Below, one piece after another: positions 12,329 through 25,528 of a stretch of 64,000 nt of DNA. Numbering within the stretch: the stretch's first letter is position 1; each line of letters opens with the position of its first letter. Origin of the DNA: Perna viridis (taxonomy: Eukaryota); the NCBI GenBank assembly GCA_037379345.1, contig CM074524.1:20394750-20458749 (forward strand), read 5' to 3'. The notes below the pieces were generated by a model. That model worked only from the letters and a program-made list of their open reading frames with translations, was not told the origin of the DNA and searched no databases. The position numbers were made by a program, and so were the translations under genes.

Positions 12329-15300
12329 TCCCCCCCCCCAAAAAAACAAAGATTTTGGGGGTATATGCTCCCCGAATAAGAACACGTTTAACACAAGAAG
12401 AAAACAGGAGACAGCTGTTGTATTGCGTTCTATACCCGACAAAAAAAAACTAACAAACAAAATATAGGAAGACACTGGCTGCCCTGTTGTGTTCTATACC
12501 AAAATAAAACAGGAAGACAAATGTTGGCCGATTCTCCCCACATTCGATACACGAAAAGAAACAGGAGAACATATGTGTCCTATTTTGACACCAATCGTTA
12601 CACTGACAAACCAGATGAACACAAGCTGTCTGATTTTGATTACGTCAAACAGTAAGTTAATATCTGCCTAATTCTTATAACGTGCAAACCTGAAAAATAC
12701 TGGAGGTTAATTTCTGCTTAAATATTATAACGTATAAACCAAAACAAAAATACAGCTGCCTTGTTCTTATCACGTTCAATACACAAAGAAACGGTAAATA
12801 GAAGCCAGTAGATTAGAATCGTCGGAGAAAATCGATAGCGGACTGTCATTTGAAGCAAGTAAATATTTTCCTTGTCAACACAATGAATTGTTCTTCAGTA
12901 AAGTGGCAAATATTCCATAATTTAGAATGGTTGCTGAGATGCAGGGAAGAAAATCGAACACGAATGAACAATGTCTTGTATAATACCCAGGTGTTGAAAT
13001 CGATGTAGATGATTGTCATCCGTGACGGTCTTAAGTTTCATTGTTTAAATAAATCCTTGTTTCTTTCTATATTTCATGTTTTGTATATTATTTTGCATTG
13101 CAACTCCAGTTAATAGTTACCAACATTGAAATTTTATATTTAATTTAACATTCAACACAAGTTCTACTATAAACAAAAAGCCCTCGTACTGAATTTTTTT
13201 AAATTGACGAAAGATCTATAGTCCTACTCTCACCGTTGATGTAGCAGGTAGAAAGCGACGCTTTTGGTCGTCAGTAGTCTTTACGCTCATTTTACACTTT
13301 AGATCCGCATTTTATTTTAGATTCATGCCATTGTTTTCGTTCGTTCGTTCGTTCGCCCTTTATTTTGAATTAGATGTTAACCTGCAGGATGTTGGTCGCA
13401 AAAGTAAGAGAAAATAATTTGAATTGAAGTCATAAAATGCAAAACCATGATGATTACATTACCTTTTTAACATGAAGATCGTAACTCACATTTTTTTATA
13501 GATCAAAACATTTTATTGTTCTTATATTTTGTCGTTATTCAACAAGTAATAATAAAGCAAAAACAAACAATACTGCTCTTCGTTCATTATTCAGTCTTTG
13601 AGTGTTTGAATGTTATATATGTCAACAAGGTTCATTGAATCAGTATTTTTGTGTTAAGCTATACATTATCAATTGTCAGTCTAAGATATATCAGCAGAGT
13701 TATCTATATACTCACATAAAAGCAACAGATCTACAGAAGCTGAATATTAAGTTTTCTTGGTAATAACTAATGTTTGTTATTTAGATCTAAAGATTATTGT
13801 ATGTTAAACACATCGAGATCTGCAAAAAATACTGTTTCACCTTTTGTACCTTAACAATATAGCTTTTACAGTTCTGGTTATTTTTTACTTGTCTAAACTC
13901 AGTTCATAGAATACTCTTTACAACCACTGTATACCGAAAAGCAAATAATCACATGCTGATACATTTAGTTCATACTCAAAACATTCAGTGACTGGTAGAT
14001 AATCAAATTTTTGATATTTTAATGCGAGTTGCAGTTTTCATGATTGGTAATAGTCTTCGTGTTTGAAAATTAAAACTTAACCTGTATTCACCAATTCTTA
14101 TTCGAGTATATGTGCTTGTTATCTTTTAAACATCGCCAAAAGAGGCATATTCCCAAATGGACTGTAGTAGGTAAAACACTACTCCAGTTCTTGGTCTTTG
14201 TCATTGCTCTTTCAGACAGTACAAGAATGTACATATGAGACATAACGTTGATTGGCCCTAAATACACATCATACTAAATGTTATATTTCTAGAAGTTAGA
14301 GTAACCTTATACGACAAAACAGTAAAACATATAAGTATATCCCTGATGCGTTGAAATGATTAATTATACTCGAGTCAAATTGTAGCAATAACGAGATCTA
14401 ATAACATATTAGACCGATAATAGTTTCCCAGTCTTTTCATTTAGACAGTTATATCGAGACTTTATAGCATGGCTCTCACTTATGTATAATTATTTACCCA
14501 AGAGCATAGATGGCGTTTAACAATTTTGTTGTATACCATCTGCATAATTTCCCATAAGTACTTCTCTTGACAGACAGATAATATGAACAGTGTTATCGGG
14601 GGTAGTATCAAATGCGTTAATAGCTTCTAAATTTGGCATAAGGTCAGAATTCAAGTAATAGTCATGATTCGAAGAAATTATAAGACTTATGAATGACATG
14701 TTTCAAGAAAAGAATTGTTTATAAATTTGACATGAGCTCAGAATACAAATAAAAAGAGGTTTACGAATAACATTTACAGGGTATGACAAACGCACATCCA
14801 CAATGTGCTTTGAAACCATGCTGACTGTCATTCTTATTTAATTAATTCTTATTTAAGATTTTTTTTAAATTAAGTACTCTATATAAACAGTTACTGAAAC
14901 TAAAAGCTGTTATTACAGAATAGTAGATGTACAATGTATATCTGAAATGACATATAGAACAATACGGATTATGATGCTGGGTACTACTTTATAGACTGAA
15001 GAAATGAATGAAAGAATAGGGTCTGGAAGTCTCGTACTAGTTTCATTTTCCTTACCGGAATTTCTGATGTAGAACGTATTGAAATCCGAAGACCAGTCTG
15101 CATTCTATTGTTTACTTCCGGGATGGTTTCTATTACTCTATTACAATGCGAAATCGTCTATTCTATGCCTTTTCTTCACTCTTTTATCACATGTGGAAAT
15201 AGATATTTGTCATTTTTATTGCTATTTTTACACGAAAACATGTTTTGCTTTTATTTACTGAACCTAACGCTCTGCAAATGACAAATCTCTATGTATTTGA

Positions 15301-15650
15301 ATGGTTGATTAGGGCCCATTCTTGTGAAATCAACGGAGTCACATGAGGAGACTTACATACCCTATAACAGAGACAAAATGTAACGTATGTTTTTACACAT
15401 AGACAACAAATGATTGTAATATATTAAAGACAAATATGATATACATATGATAATGACTTTAATATCCATTCATAAAAAGCAGGAACATTTAAATAATACC
15501 TTTATTTTATGTTTTAATTGCATTTCATGTGAGGTAATTGTATGTTTTTTTCTTGAGGAAAAGTTACATAATATATTGGAAAAGAAACATATTTACCTTT
15601 CAATTAAATAATCAGAATCGAAGAAGCTTTAAGTCTCAAACGAATAATCC

Positions 15651-15885
15651 TTAAGAAATAAATCACAGAAACTCCATTTTATCATTGTTTTACCACGGGC
15701 TGGCCATTTATGACGCATTGATATACCCCGAGCGATACCGAAGTACTATTTTGGATCCTAATAAGACTAGTGTCTTCATATAGACACAGCCCTTGTGTTG
15801 CACGAAATGTTGGTCATGTGTTTATCACTTTTTACTACGGATGTGATATAAAGAACTTTGAAGCACATCATATTAGAATATTTGT
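15651..15885 (+). mobile_element. Same transposon end, internally deleted copy
   Basis: ttaagaaataaatcacagaaactccatttt... then agacacagcc...cacgaaatgttggtcatgtg. Confidence 0.65.
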
Positions 15886-17361
15886 TTCATCATGTTTTTG
15901 CACGATTTAAGGTAAATTATAAGGACAAAATTAAAGAACGTTAATTTTAACACAAAGAACTCTGAAATGTCTTAAATCCACAATCCCAAACAAGTACTTC
16001 TTAAATGCTAATAATTCAAGTAATATCAGATTTGCTTAAGATGCTCAATTCCTGTTAAAACCCATCGTTAGCGAGAGGCATTCAAACATTTATTGTTGAT
16101 AACAACGTACCAACAATTTTGCGTTTCCGTTTACAGTCGTTTTTTTCCTTTAACAAATTGCTATTTGATGTTAATAAAAAAGTGTACTTTGTCATAGTTA
16201 AAATTTCAATTTTTTTATTGATTTACGGGAGTTCTATTTAAACAGTGTGCATCAAAGCAAAGACTCTTGTTCAGCGTAAATTTCATTCGCAATATATAAA
16301 ATTGATACAACCGATCGACAACCTAAGACTAGTTATGTGATCTGTATCTTTTTCTGATTTGGAAATGAAAATAAAAGTATAATTGGTGGATTTTTACCAG
16401 TATTAATTACCTCCTCTCTGATTATAATATACATTGCTACTTAAGTACCCGTCCATATACTGCCTACTATTGTAAAGTGATTCAAGGTTTAGAAAAACCC
16501 ACCGAACAAACAACTCTTTGTCAGTCAACATACACTATAGTTGTATATTACAAAATCATTTCCTTATTTAGATCTGCATTTTTGAAACAAAAAATAAAAA
16601 AAGATACATTCACTCTCACTAACATATTAACCAAATCAAACCACAAAAAGGACGATAACTCCTGTCAAGTTTTTATTTCATGTACAATCTATGATTTTTA
16701 TCTCAAAAGCGCAACAACCAAATAACCAAAAAAACTAAGACTGATGTTTTTATCCGAACGTTTTCTGAACAAAAGATAAAAGTGAGTACGGTGAGTTTTT
16801 GACATGAATGAATCTGTCTGATTTTTATAAAGACTGGTACTTAAGTATTCGCAATAGTCCTAAATTCATCATGGTTAACCAGTGTAATATAGAACTATAT
16901 ATTTGTCATTTACTTTACATCGTAATTAAATCATTTAATATTTGACAAAGACAAATATTCATGCAGTAAATTGTCGATTTTAACATTTCAATATAATAAT
17001 TGGATGGGGTGAACAGAAAATTTTATTTTAATTTACTCCAACAATAGAAACCCTGTAATATTATGTACAAGTATATATTGTTCCAGCATGCTATATGAAT
17101 TGTCATGCTCTAGTTTTTAATTCGATTCTTCTACCGATGCAAATTGCCATGCTCCAGTCTTTTACAAAAAATCTAGGTGCTCTTTCTTAAATTAATTGTA
17201 TCGAGCAGAAAAAAAAACGATTCTTTCGACAGGCGCAGATATCTCAGGGTTCATCAGTCAGCTTAGGTCATTATATTTTCTGTCGGATTCAATCTCTTTC
17301 TATCTGTAGTTGAATGTTTCTGTTGACCTGATCATTGCTTTGTCATTACACCATCTCTTAT

Positions 17362-17612
17362 TTAAGGAATAAATCACGGAATTTCCATTTTACCATTGTT
17401 GTACCACAGGTTAAATATATATAAATATCCAGCCCGTGGTAAAACAATGATAAAATAGATTTTCCGTGATTTATTCCGATTCCAATAGGATTAGCTTTTT
17501 CATATTTTGAACAGACACAGCCTATGTGTGGCACGAAATGTTGGTCATGTGTTCATCACTTTTTTACCATGGCTGTTGTCTAAAGAGTTTTGAAGCATGT
17601 GATATTAGAATT
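17362..17612 (+). mobile_element. Same transposon end, third copy
   Basis: ttaaggaataaatcacggaa...ttccgtgatttattcc hairpin, then the shared block. Confidence 0.65.
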
Positions 17613-17843
17613 ATTCATAATAGGTACATCAGTAGTTGTTCATTCAAAAACAAAATACCATTTTAATTTCATTCATTATCGAGAGATATAACTTACAATT
17701 TTGCAATTATTTAGACATTGTAATGATGTCAGAATTTAACCCTTTTTCAAACAAATTTCAAATTTACTCTGTCAAAAATGCAACACTTTTCTATCACAAT
17801 TTTTTCAATAATTGTCATATCATGTAAATAAGATATTTTTTCA

Positions 17844-18390
17844 TTCAGAATTGTCAACTTCCTCTCATCTGTGCCAACATCCCCTAAACACCTGCGTATG
17901 GAGTGTTCGTATCACAGCTCATACGTTATGCCAGAGCTTGCCGAAACTACGCAGACTTTTTGTATCGCGCTAGAATTCTAACGAATAGGCTTCTGGATCA
18001 GGGTTATGCTACAAGATTGATGTCATCACTACAGACGTTTAATGGTCTTCATCATGAACTCGTGGATCGCTACGATGTATCCATCTGCGCCATAAAAACT
18101 GATTTGTTCAATGTGTCATAGTTTTTTTCCTCTTTCGTCTGTCCCAGACTTGACTTTTTATGAGCAACTCGGCGGGTGTTTCTAGAAAAACAGACATGAC
18201 GCTTACCTTACCGGTGCACCTGGTCCTTGCCCCCAGTGTCCGAGTTGCTCATTTGCTTTTGTTACCTTGTATGTATGTTTTCAGTTACTTTATGTTCTTT
18301 GTTGTTTATGTCCGTTTTCCATGTCTGGTGTTTGTCCCTGGATTACATTCGTTTGATTACCGCTATAACCTTGGTTCCCTTGATTATTCT
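17844..18390 (+). mobile_element. 5'-truncated Penelope-like retroelement (Naiad-type): RT C-terminus plus 3' UTR
   Basis: Decayed FRIVNF..ICANIP*TPAYGVFVSQLIRYARAC...LLDQGY...RYD...FNVS* resembles a PLE RT thumb. It ends at a stop with no C-terminal GIY-YIG. The 3' UTR is shared with five other copies. Confidence 0.72.
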
Positions 18391-18808
18391 AACAGACTGT
18401 TAGTCGCAAAAATGAAATGAAGCGAAATCGTATTGAAATCCTGCATCGCAAAACAAGTAATCGTGGAAATATTGTGATTAACAGTATTAGATTTCATAAC
18501 GCCTCGACAACGCATTCATTTAAAACAAATTTATGCGAAATAACCATCTATGGTGCAGTAAACGCTTCATGAACCGCGAAGCGTAAACTGTCTGTAGGCA
18601 TAACTTAGTCAAAGAAGTAAAAACAATCCTTGTAGTTTGATTTGTGATCAATTTCAGTCATGATTACAATTTGTCCTTACATCGAATTGCGGACTGCGGA
18701 TCAATCGGCGTTAATGATGTCACAGTTCCAAGTTGGTTTCTGGAAAATAGCCTATCTTGGCAGGATGAAAATAAATCAACGATGAAATCTAATCATTCTC
18801 ACATATCC

Positions 18809-18908
18809 CAGCTCAATGCACTTTCAACATCAGCTCAAAGCGCTGTCAACATCAGCTCAATGCACTGTCAACATCAGTTCAATATACTGTCAACATCAGC
18901 TCAATGCA
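18809..18908. repeat. Tandem repeat, 22 bp x ~4.5
   Basis: Unit cagctcaatgcactgtcaacat. Confidence 0.9.
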
Positions 18909-19473
18909 AGGTATTGTATTAAGAACATACATTTCACTGAAAAAATTGACTTGTTTATTCCTTGTGAGAGAGGAAATGTCAAAAGCCATTCATTTTTCTT
19001 TGAATCATTATTGCAGTGTATGTAACTACCAGAGGAAGTTAAAGATAAACAATGGTTAGAACAATTGCACAATACGTAAATTCTAACTAATACAACTGAC
19101 GTAAAAGCTTTCTACCAAGAACAATACAATAACTTTTATCACAGGTTTAACAGTGCAGGATTACCTTTTTGTATACCCCTGAAGCAATATAAAAAATGTC
19201 TAACATAATATACGTTGGTAAGATCCAAATGCACTTGAATGGGTTGAACTGATTGACCTCGGCCTCCTTAGAGAAAGTTTTGGTGCTAGCAGCTACGGTC
19301 TGCTTCAAAACCGTTTTAACTGGATTTTAGTGCTACTTGCAAGTTTAAATAAATGCAACTTGATATACAACATCAAAGATCGAGTTCTGAACCGTTGGGA
19401 TAAGTATGGATACATCAATCAAACATTATACAGGTCTAAAGTTAATTGTAATATTTGACATATAAGAAGCTTC

Positions 19474-19838
19474 TTATGTTGCTACAAGATTGAAGTCATC
19501 ACAACAGAAGTTTTATGGTCGTCATAATGAACTCGTGGATCGTTATGGTATATCCATCTACACCAGAAAAACTGATTTGTTCAACGTGCCATAGTTTTCC
19601 TTTCCTCTTTGGTCTACCCTGGACTTGACTTTTTATGAGCAACTCGGCGGGTGTTTCTAGAAAAGCAGAGGACGCTTACCCTACCAATGCACCTGGTCCA
19701 TGCTCCCAGTTTTTAGTGGAGTTGCGCATTTACTTGTCTTACTTTGTATGTATTATTTTAGTTACTTTATGTTCTTTGTTGTCATTGTCTGTTTTCCATG
19801 TCTGGTCTTTGTCCCTGAATTATATTCTTTTGATTTCC
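19474..19838 (+). mobile_element. Second fragment of the same PLE family
   Basis: YVATRLKSSQQKFYGRHNELVDRYGISIYTRKTDLFNVP* followed by the same 3' UTR. Confidence 0.75.
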
Positions 19839-21479
19839 GAACCGTTTTAGCAAAGAAAGATTTAAATGTTAGTAATGTCTTAAAAGTACTAATGAACCGA
19901 GGTTGTACGTAATCAAAATTTTTCAGTTTGAATTATTTTGGTGCCAAGAAATAAAAGAACATGAAAGTAGACAGCAAAAATATATTGTTCGATGAGAAGT
20001 TTAACCCATGGCTAGTTGGCAAAGAAATGTAAATATCAACAGCAGCCCAGGTGGGTAGGGTCGTTACGTAATCAAAATGTAGTAATCCCGGTTACTCATA
20101 AACAAGTATATGACTGTCGTTAAAGTAATGTAATGTGGGAAGATAAGGTCCAAATTTGGCCGCAAAATCAACTATTTGCGTGAATGAGTTACACACCCAG
20201 CAATAAGCAAAAGTATGAAAAGGTTTTGATTTGATTCATTAGCAGGTATATAATCATTAAGAATCTTTTGCGTTCTCAGTGCACTTTCCCTTCAAGTAAA
20301 GGCATAATGTGCTTGGATGAGTTATGGTAGTTACAACTCATTTAAGCAAATATTGAAATTTAAATGCAGGTCATACCTTTCTTTCGATTCGCAAAAAAAT
20401 AACCAACTTTGATTATTAAATGATGTGACCTGAACTTTCTTTATGATAATATTTTCCTGGTTTATATACACAAATATCTTAGGGATTAAATATTTAACAC
20501 ACGAAGACTCCAATTAACCCAACTTTATAATAAATATACCTTATCAATACTCCAGTCTTTTTTTACATATAATTTCCTGTTCAGAGAAAATAACTTTGGA
20601 AAGCAAATGGAGGATTTTGAAAAAGAGGAATAAAATTATTCTCTTACAAAGTATGCCTTAATTCGTGGCTATCAGCTGATATAACTAAGGGATTATTTGT
20701 TGTTTTTAATACTTTTGTTTTGTTCTGTTTTGTTTTTAATTTTGTTTTGCTTTGGTTTTTTGTTTTCCTTTTTATTTGGGGGGTGTTATGTTTGTGTTTT
20801 GTTTGTTTTGTCATGTTGGGTTATTTTTCGTCGACATCAACAAATAATATGCTTTGATGTATAGTCACGCCATGAAACATTTGCACGATATCTACAGGAT
20901 GAAAGGGTCTGTCTAAGCTTGATGTCTGTTAATATCACTGAGTGCACGTACATCGTCTTTTCATCAATAACAGTAAATATAATGACAATGAATCTTTTTT
21001 TCATTTCCTTTTCATTTTTACACTTGTTTATAAAATGCTGAACAACACTGCCACCTAGGACATTCGTTACTTGAGTTTAAACAAGGACAATATCAACATC
21101 GATTTGTATCCTCAAACGTCAACATGTGCTTCCTTCTCATTTCAAAATGTTTGGATGCGCCCATGATTCAGTATTTATAAGTAGGGATGCACACAGGTGG
21201 GTGGATTGAACAATGTTTGATCATCGACGTAGGTTAACCACACAAAAATAAATTATCTATCACTCAAACATTGCTAAACATCAAACCAGCCATAAAATAA
21301 ATGCATCTGTTCAAAAACCATTAGAGAATTAGATTTTTTAATGTATGCTGACGCATTGCAAATTTGAAAAAAAAAATACTTAAATGCGTGATGTGTTCGA
21401 ATAACCATTGAGTGCATTGCCTGTTTGATATGCAGCTAATGGGGTTACTTTAAAAACCGGCTGTGTGATTGTTAATAAC

Positions 21480-21634
21480 TTAATCGGGTTTATCTAAGTA
21501 AAAGGTAAACCAATTTAATAAAAGAGAAATTAATCTGTTCTTTCACAACGTTAAACCGGAATCCGTTCCGGATGTATCCCGATTTTATATTTACGTCTAA
21601 CGCTGCCATATTTTTTGAAACACCACATCAAAAC
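21480..21634 (+). repeat. Ngaro split direct repeat A1 (155 bp)
   Basis: ttaatcgggtttatctaag...caccacatcaaaac matches 26747-26901, with one C/T difference seen. Confidence 0.95.
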
Positions 21635-21671
21635 AGATAATCAATCCAAGCCATCCTCCTTAAAACGCAGC

Positions 21672-22847
21672 ATGAAACCTGCCAAAAGAAAAAGAGCAGC
21701 CCCTAGAAGGAATCAACAAGACGGAGATGCTACAAAAAACCAGAAAAAGAAGAAGACTTTGCAGACTGCTCAGACGTCATCGTCGCCACGCCAATCCAGA
21801 AAAATACCCTCGACAGCTTCCACGTCGTCCAGCGAAATTGATGCCACTGATGCCCCTACTCAAGATCCCTCGACCAGAAAGTCAACTTTATCTGTGAGCC
21901 ATGGTCCGGTCGTCAATATCATAGCCGATGAAGCATTGCCTCCCATTCCTGATGAGTCTCGTATGCCTGTTCCTGTTACCGCACAAGAGGTCCCACCCCA
22001 GCAAAGCTCGAGTGGAATTGGTAGGTTTATCAATACTTCACAAACCTTAGCACGTCCATTTTACTCTGGGTCTCCTGTTCCCCCCCCCCTTTCCGATCCT
22101 GATACACAAAGGTGTGGCGATATGTCGTACATCAATCAATTGCCCGATTCTGTGTCTAGTGTCTTTACTCCTATATCATCTCACGTCCCAAGTAAAATAA
22201 AAGAGAAAGTATGGGCAGGTGAATTTGTAGATCTAAACTTGCTTCTCAAATCAGCTCGAGATTTAGCAGATAACTGTGAGTTAGATGGAGAGCTCACTAT
22301 AAAAGGGGGTACCCTTGCCGTTGTAAAACAACAAAAAACACAGTTTAAAAACATTGAAACTTGGACTAATGCATTCATGATATATGCAAGCATTATTTTA
22401 GAGAAATGGCCCCAAAAAGGGTTAGAACTTTTCAAATATATGCAAACAATTCGACTTGCAGCCTCCAGGGGCTATTTTCGAGGTTGGGTTCACTATGATG
22501 AACAATACAGGTTGCGTAAAGCGGCGTCCCCAACTTCTTCTTGGGGAATAGTTGATATGGAACTTTGGATGATGTGTGTTTCAACTCCTTATACACCCCC
22601 TTCTCAGTCAGTAGGTCATGGGTCGGTTCAAGACCCTTCAAATCATAGACCTGGACATTCCTCACCAACTTCGTCTGTTTCTGTGGTCAGTTGGGGGCAA
22701 AACAAGACTAGCGCTGGTCAAACAACAGGCCCATGTAGAATGTTTAATAAGGGTTATTGCAAGTTCGGGTCAAAATGTATTTTTACCCATCAATGTAAAA
22801 AATGTAGAAAATATCACCCAATAACAAAATGTCCACAGAATCAATAA
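21672..22847 (+). CDS. Gag-like ORF1 of the Ngaro element
   Basis: First ATG at 21672 (the track start is TTG inside A1). Basic and S/T/P-rich N-terminus; KIKEKVWAGEFVDLNLLL and GWVHYDEQYR motifs typical of DIRS/Ngaro gag; C-terminal zinc fingers CRMFNKGYCKFGSKCIFTHQCKKCRKYHPITKC. Confidence 0.88.
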   Translation: MKPAKRKRAAPRRNQQDGDATKNQKKKKTLQTAQTSSSPRQSRKIPSTASTSSSEIDATDAPTQDPSTRKSTLSVSHGPVVNIIADEALPPIPDESRMPVPVTAQEVPPQQSSSGIGRFINTSQTLARPFYSGSPVPPPLSDPDTQRCGDMSYINQLPDSVSSVFTPISSHVPSKIKEKVWAGEFVDLNLLLKSARDLADNCELDGELTIKGGTLAVVKQQKTQFKNIETWTNAFMIYASIILEKWPQKGLELFKYMQTIRLAASRGYFRGWVHYDEQYRLRKAASPTSSWGIVDMELWMMCVSTPYTPPSQSVGHGSVQDPSNHRPGHSSPTSSVSVVSWGQNKTSAGQTTGPCRMFNKGYCKFGSKCIFTHQCKKCRKYHPITKCPQNQ

Positions 22848-22968
22848 ATCGATTTGAGTCTGACATTAATGACAATGTCATATTATGTAATATTGTAAAT
22901 ATGTTGTGATTACAAATTTATAAATCGAACTTTTTCATTTCAGGATTGACCCGTTTTATATACACTAG

Positions 22969-24552
22969 GTAATTCTCCTATCAGAGTGAGCGAAGTTAAA
23001 AAAGCTCTGAAAAAGTACCCATGTCAAGAAAAAGCATATGCTTTAATTAATGGATTACAATATGGCTTTGATATGAAATACTCAGGTCCCCGGAGACCCT
23101 TTGAAGCTAATGGCAAAAAAATTTTTGGCGAACGTTTACTCGCAGCCAGACAAAAAATTCAGAAAGAAATTTCAATGGGTAGAATAGCCGGTCCATTTAT
23201 TAACCCCCCTTTCCCTACATTTCGAACTTCACCAATCTCTGTAATTCCAAAAAAAATCAAGTTCAGAATTTCGTTTAATACATAATTTGTCATTCACTTC
23301 CCAGAACTCAGTAAACGATTTTATTGAGAGAGAATTCTGTTCCGTATCCTACTCTTCGATCGACGATGCGGTGGACATGATTCAGAAGCTTGGCCCAAAT
23401 TCCTTTCTTGCCAAATGTGATATAAAATCGGCTTTCCGACTGTTCAGAATTTCGCCACAGGATTTTGATTTGTTTGGTTTTAAGTTCGAAAATTTGTATT
23501 ACTTTGATAAGTGTTTACCTATGGAGGCCTCTATAAGTTGTGCCCTATTCGAATCTTTCTCCACTGCCCTTCATTGGTATGTAAAAAAAGAATCAAACTC
23601 TGAGAATATTCTTCACTATTTAGATGATTTTCTATTTGGGGGAGTGTCAGTTCCAGAATGTAAAGAGGTTTTAATTTGCTTCCAGGACTGCTGTAAGTTG
23701 TGGGGCGTTCCTTTAGCGGATGAAAAGACAGTTGAACCTACAGAAATATTAATTTTCTTAGTAGAGTTTGACACTATCAATATGATTATGAGACTCCCTT
23801 TGGAGAAAATAACTGAACTTCGGGAAAAAATTCTGTACTGTCTTGGTTGTTCAAAAATTACGTTAAAAGAATTACAATCCTTATTAGGGTCCCTAAACTT
23901 CGCTTGCCAAGTTGTGGTTCCTGGTAGAGCATTTTGTCGTAGGCTCATTGATGCAACTTGTAACGTACAAAAAAGTTACTATAGAATAAGAGTCACCAAG
24001 GCTATGAAAGACGATTTAGAGGTTTGGTTACAATTCTTGTCGGAATACAATGGGACTACAGTAATTCTAGATAAATTTTGGCCTTCCAATTCTGATTTGA
24101 ATCTTTTTTCGGACAGTGCAGGAGGTAAAGAAAAGGGATTTGGTATTTTCTTTGATAACAGATGGGCTCAGGCCTGTTGGCCTAGTTCTTGGGTTAACTC
24201 TGACATTTTAACCGACATTACCTTTCTGGAATTATTCCCTGTTGTAGTAGCTCTGAACATCTGGGGAGAATTGTTAAGGAATAAACGAATTTTATTTCAC
24301 GTCGACAATCAAGCAATTGTTGCAATTGTCAACAAAAAATCATCCCGTTCTCCACGAGTTATGTCATTAGTCAGGAAACTTGTTTTGGACTGTTTAAAAT
24401 ATAACATACTAATAAAATGTGAACACATCCCCGGAGTTATGAATAAAGTATGTGATGCTCTTTCTCGTTGTGATTTTCAGAAGTTCCAGACTCTTTGTCC
24501 GACTGCCGAACCACGTCCATGCGCCATTCCATCCCATCTTTGGAAAATTTAA
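22969..24552 (+). pseudogene. Reverse transcriptase/RNase H of the Ngaro element, frameshifted at an A8 run (23249-23256)
   Basis: Track ORFs 22986-23285 and 23287-24552 join as SPISVIPKK-SSSEFRLIHNLS if one A is removed. Motifs: KCDIKSAFR, YLDDF, LQSLLGSLNF, FSDSAG, ITFLELFPV, HVDNQA, HIPGVMNKVCDALSR. Confidence 0.93.
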
Positions 24553-25457
24553 AAGTCGAAACGAATTCTTTATTCGATAGTTCCATGGCTTCGAGTTCCT
24601 GGAAGACTTATAGAACAGCAGTCGCTTCTTTTCAAAATTTCTGCTCGCTTTATAATTTTGATGTTATTTGGCCAATCCCCGTAGAGTTATTGTCCCATTA
24701 CATTGCATTTCTTTCTTGTGAGGGTAAATCTTTTTCAACTGTCTCTACTTACCTTTCAGCTCTGAGTTACGCTCACAAATTAAATAATGTTATTGACAAC
24801 ACTAAATCTTTTCTCGTTACAAAGTTGTTACAAGGTTTTCGCAGGAAAAATCCAACAAAACCCGACATAAGAATTCCGATTACTTTTGATCTACTAAAAA
24901 AGCTTATTTCCTCGTTACAATGGATCTGTCACTCCGATTACGAATCATACATGTTTGCCTCCACCTTTTCTCTAGCCTACTTTGCCTTATTAAGGGTAGG
25001 AGAATTTGCCGTAACAACAACTGACAATGAAAGTGGACACGCTCTCGATCTTCGAGATATCTCTTTTTTAGATAAAAATACAGTTTTGCATGCCAATATT
25101 CGCAGTTCTAAAACAGATCAAAAGCGATCCTCAATTAAGCTTATATTAACAAAGCAGGAAAATGTATCAGTTTGTCCAATTTTTCTGTTACATCGTTATT
25201 TGTCTATCCGTTTCTCGGGTCAAAATGGTTCTGAAAAACTTTTTGTTCATTTTAACGGCAAGCCTTTGACAAAATATCAGTTTTGTGCTATGCTGGAGAA
25301 ATCTCTAAAGTTTTGCGAGATACCATTACACATTCGCTCACATTCTTTCAGAATAGGCCGTGCGTCCGATCTAGCTAAAGAGGGCATAGACGACGAGGCA
25401 ATTAAAAAATTGGGTCGCTGGAAATCTAGTTGTTTTGAGAGATATATTCGTCTTTAA
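24519..25457 (+). CDS. Tyrosine recombinase of the Ngaro element
   Basis: Catalytic motifs present: LLRVGE (R), SKTD (K), HSFRIG (HxxR), GRWKS (W), RYIR (Y). Overlaps the end of RNase H. Confidence 0.95.
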   Translation: MRHSIPSLENLKVETNSLFDSSMASSSWKTYRTAVASFQNFCSLYNFDVIWPIPVELLSHYIAFLSCEGKSFSTVSTYLSALSYAHKLNNVIDNTKSFLVTKLLQGFRRKNPTKPDIRIPITFDLLKKLISSLQWICHSDYESYMFASTFSLAYFALLRVGEFAVTTTDNESGHALDLRDISFLDKNTVLHANIRSSKTDQKRSSIKLILTKQENVSVCPIFLLHRYLSIRFSGQNGSEKLFVHFNGKPLTKYQFCAMLEKSLKFCEIPLHIRSHSFRIGRASDLAKEGIDDEAIKKLGRWKSSCFERYIRL

Positions 25458-25528
25458 ATTCGATCTGTTTTGCGAGTTTACATGTACTTCTGACTGATTC
25501 ATTTTTATTACAATTTCCTAATTTTTAG

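Noticed and set aside
18160-18252. SECIS element (some clam Naiads encode selenoproteins) or canonical HDV-like/hammerhead ribozyme
   Set aside because: AUGA is fully Watson-Crick paired with UCAU, so there is no GA quartet. There is no CUGANGA/GAAA core, and I could not build a convincing HDV P2/P3.
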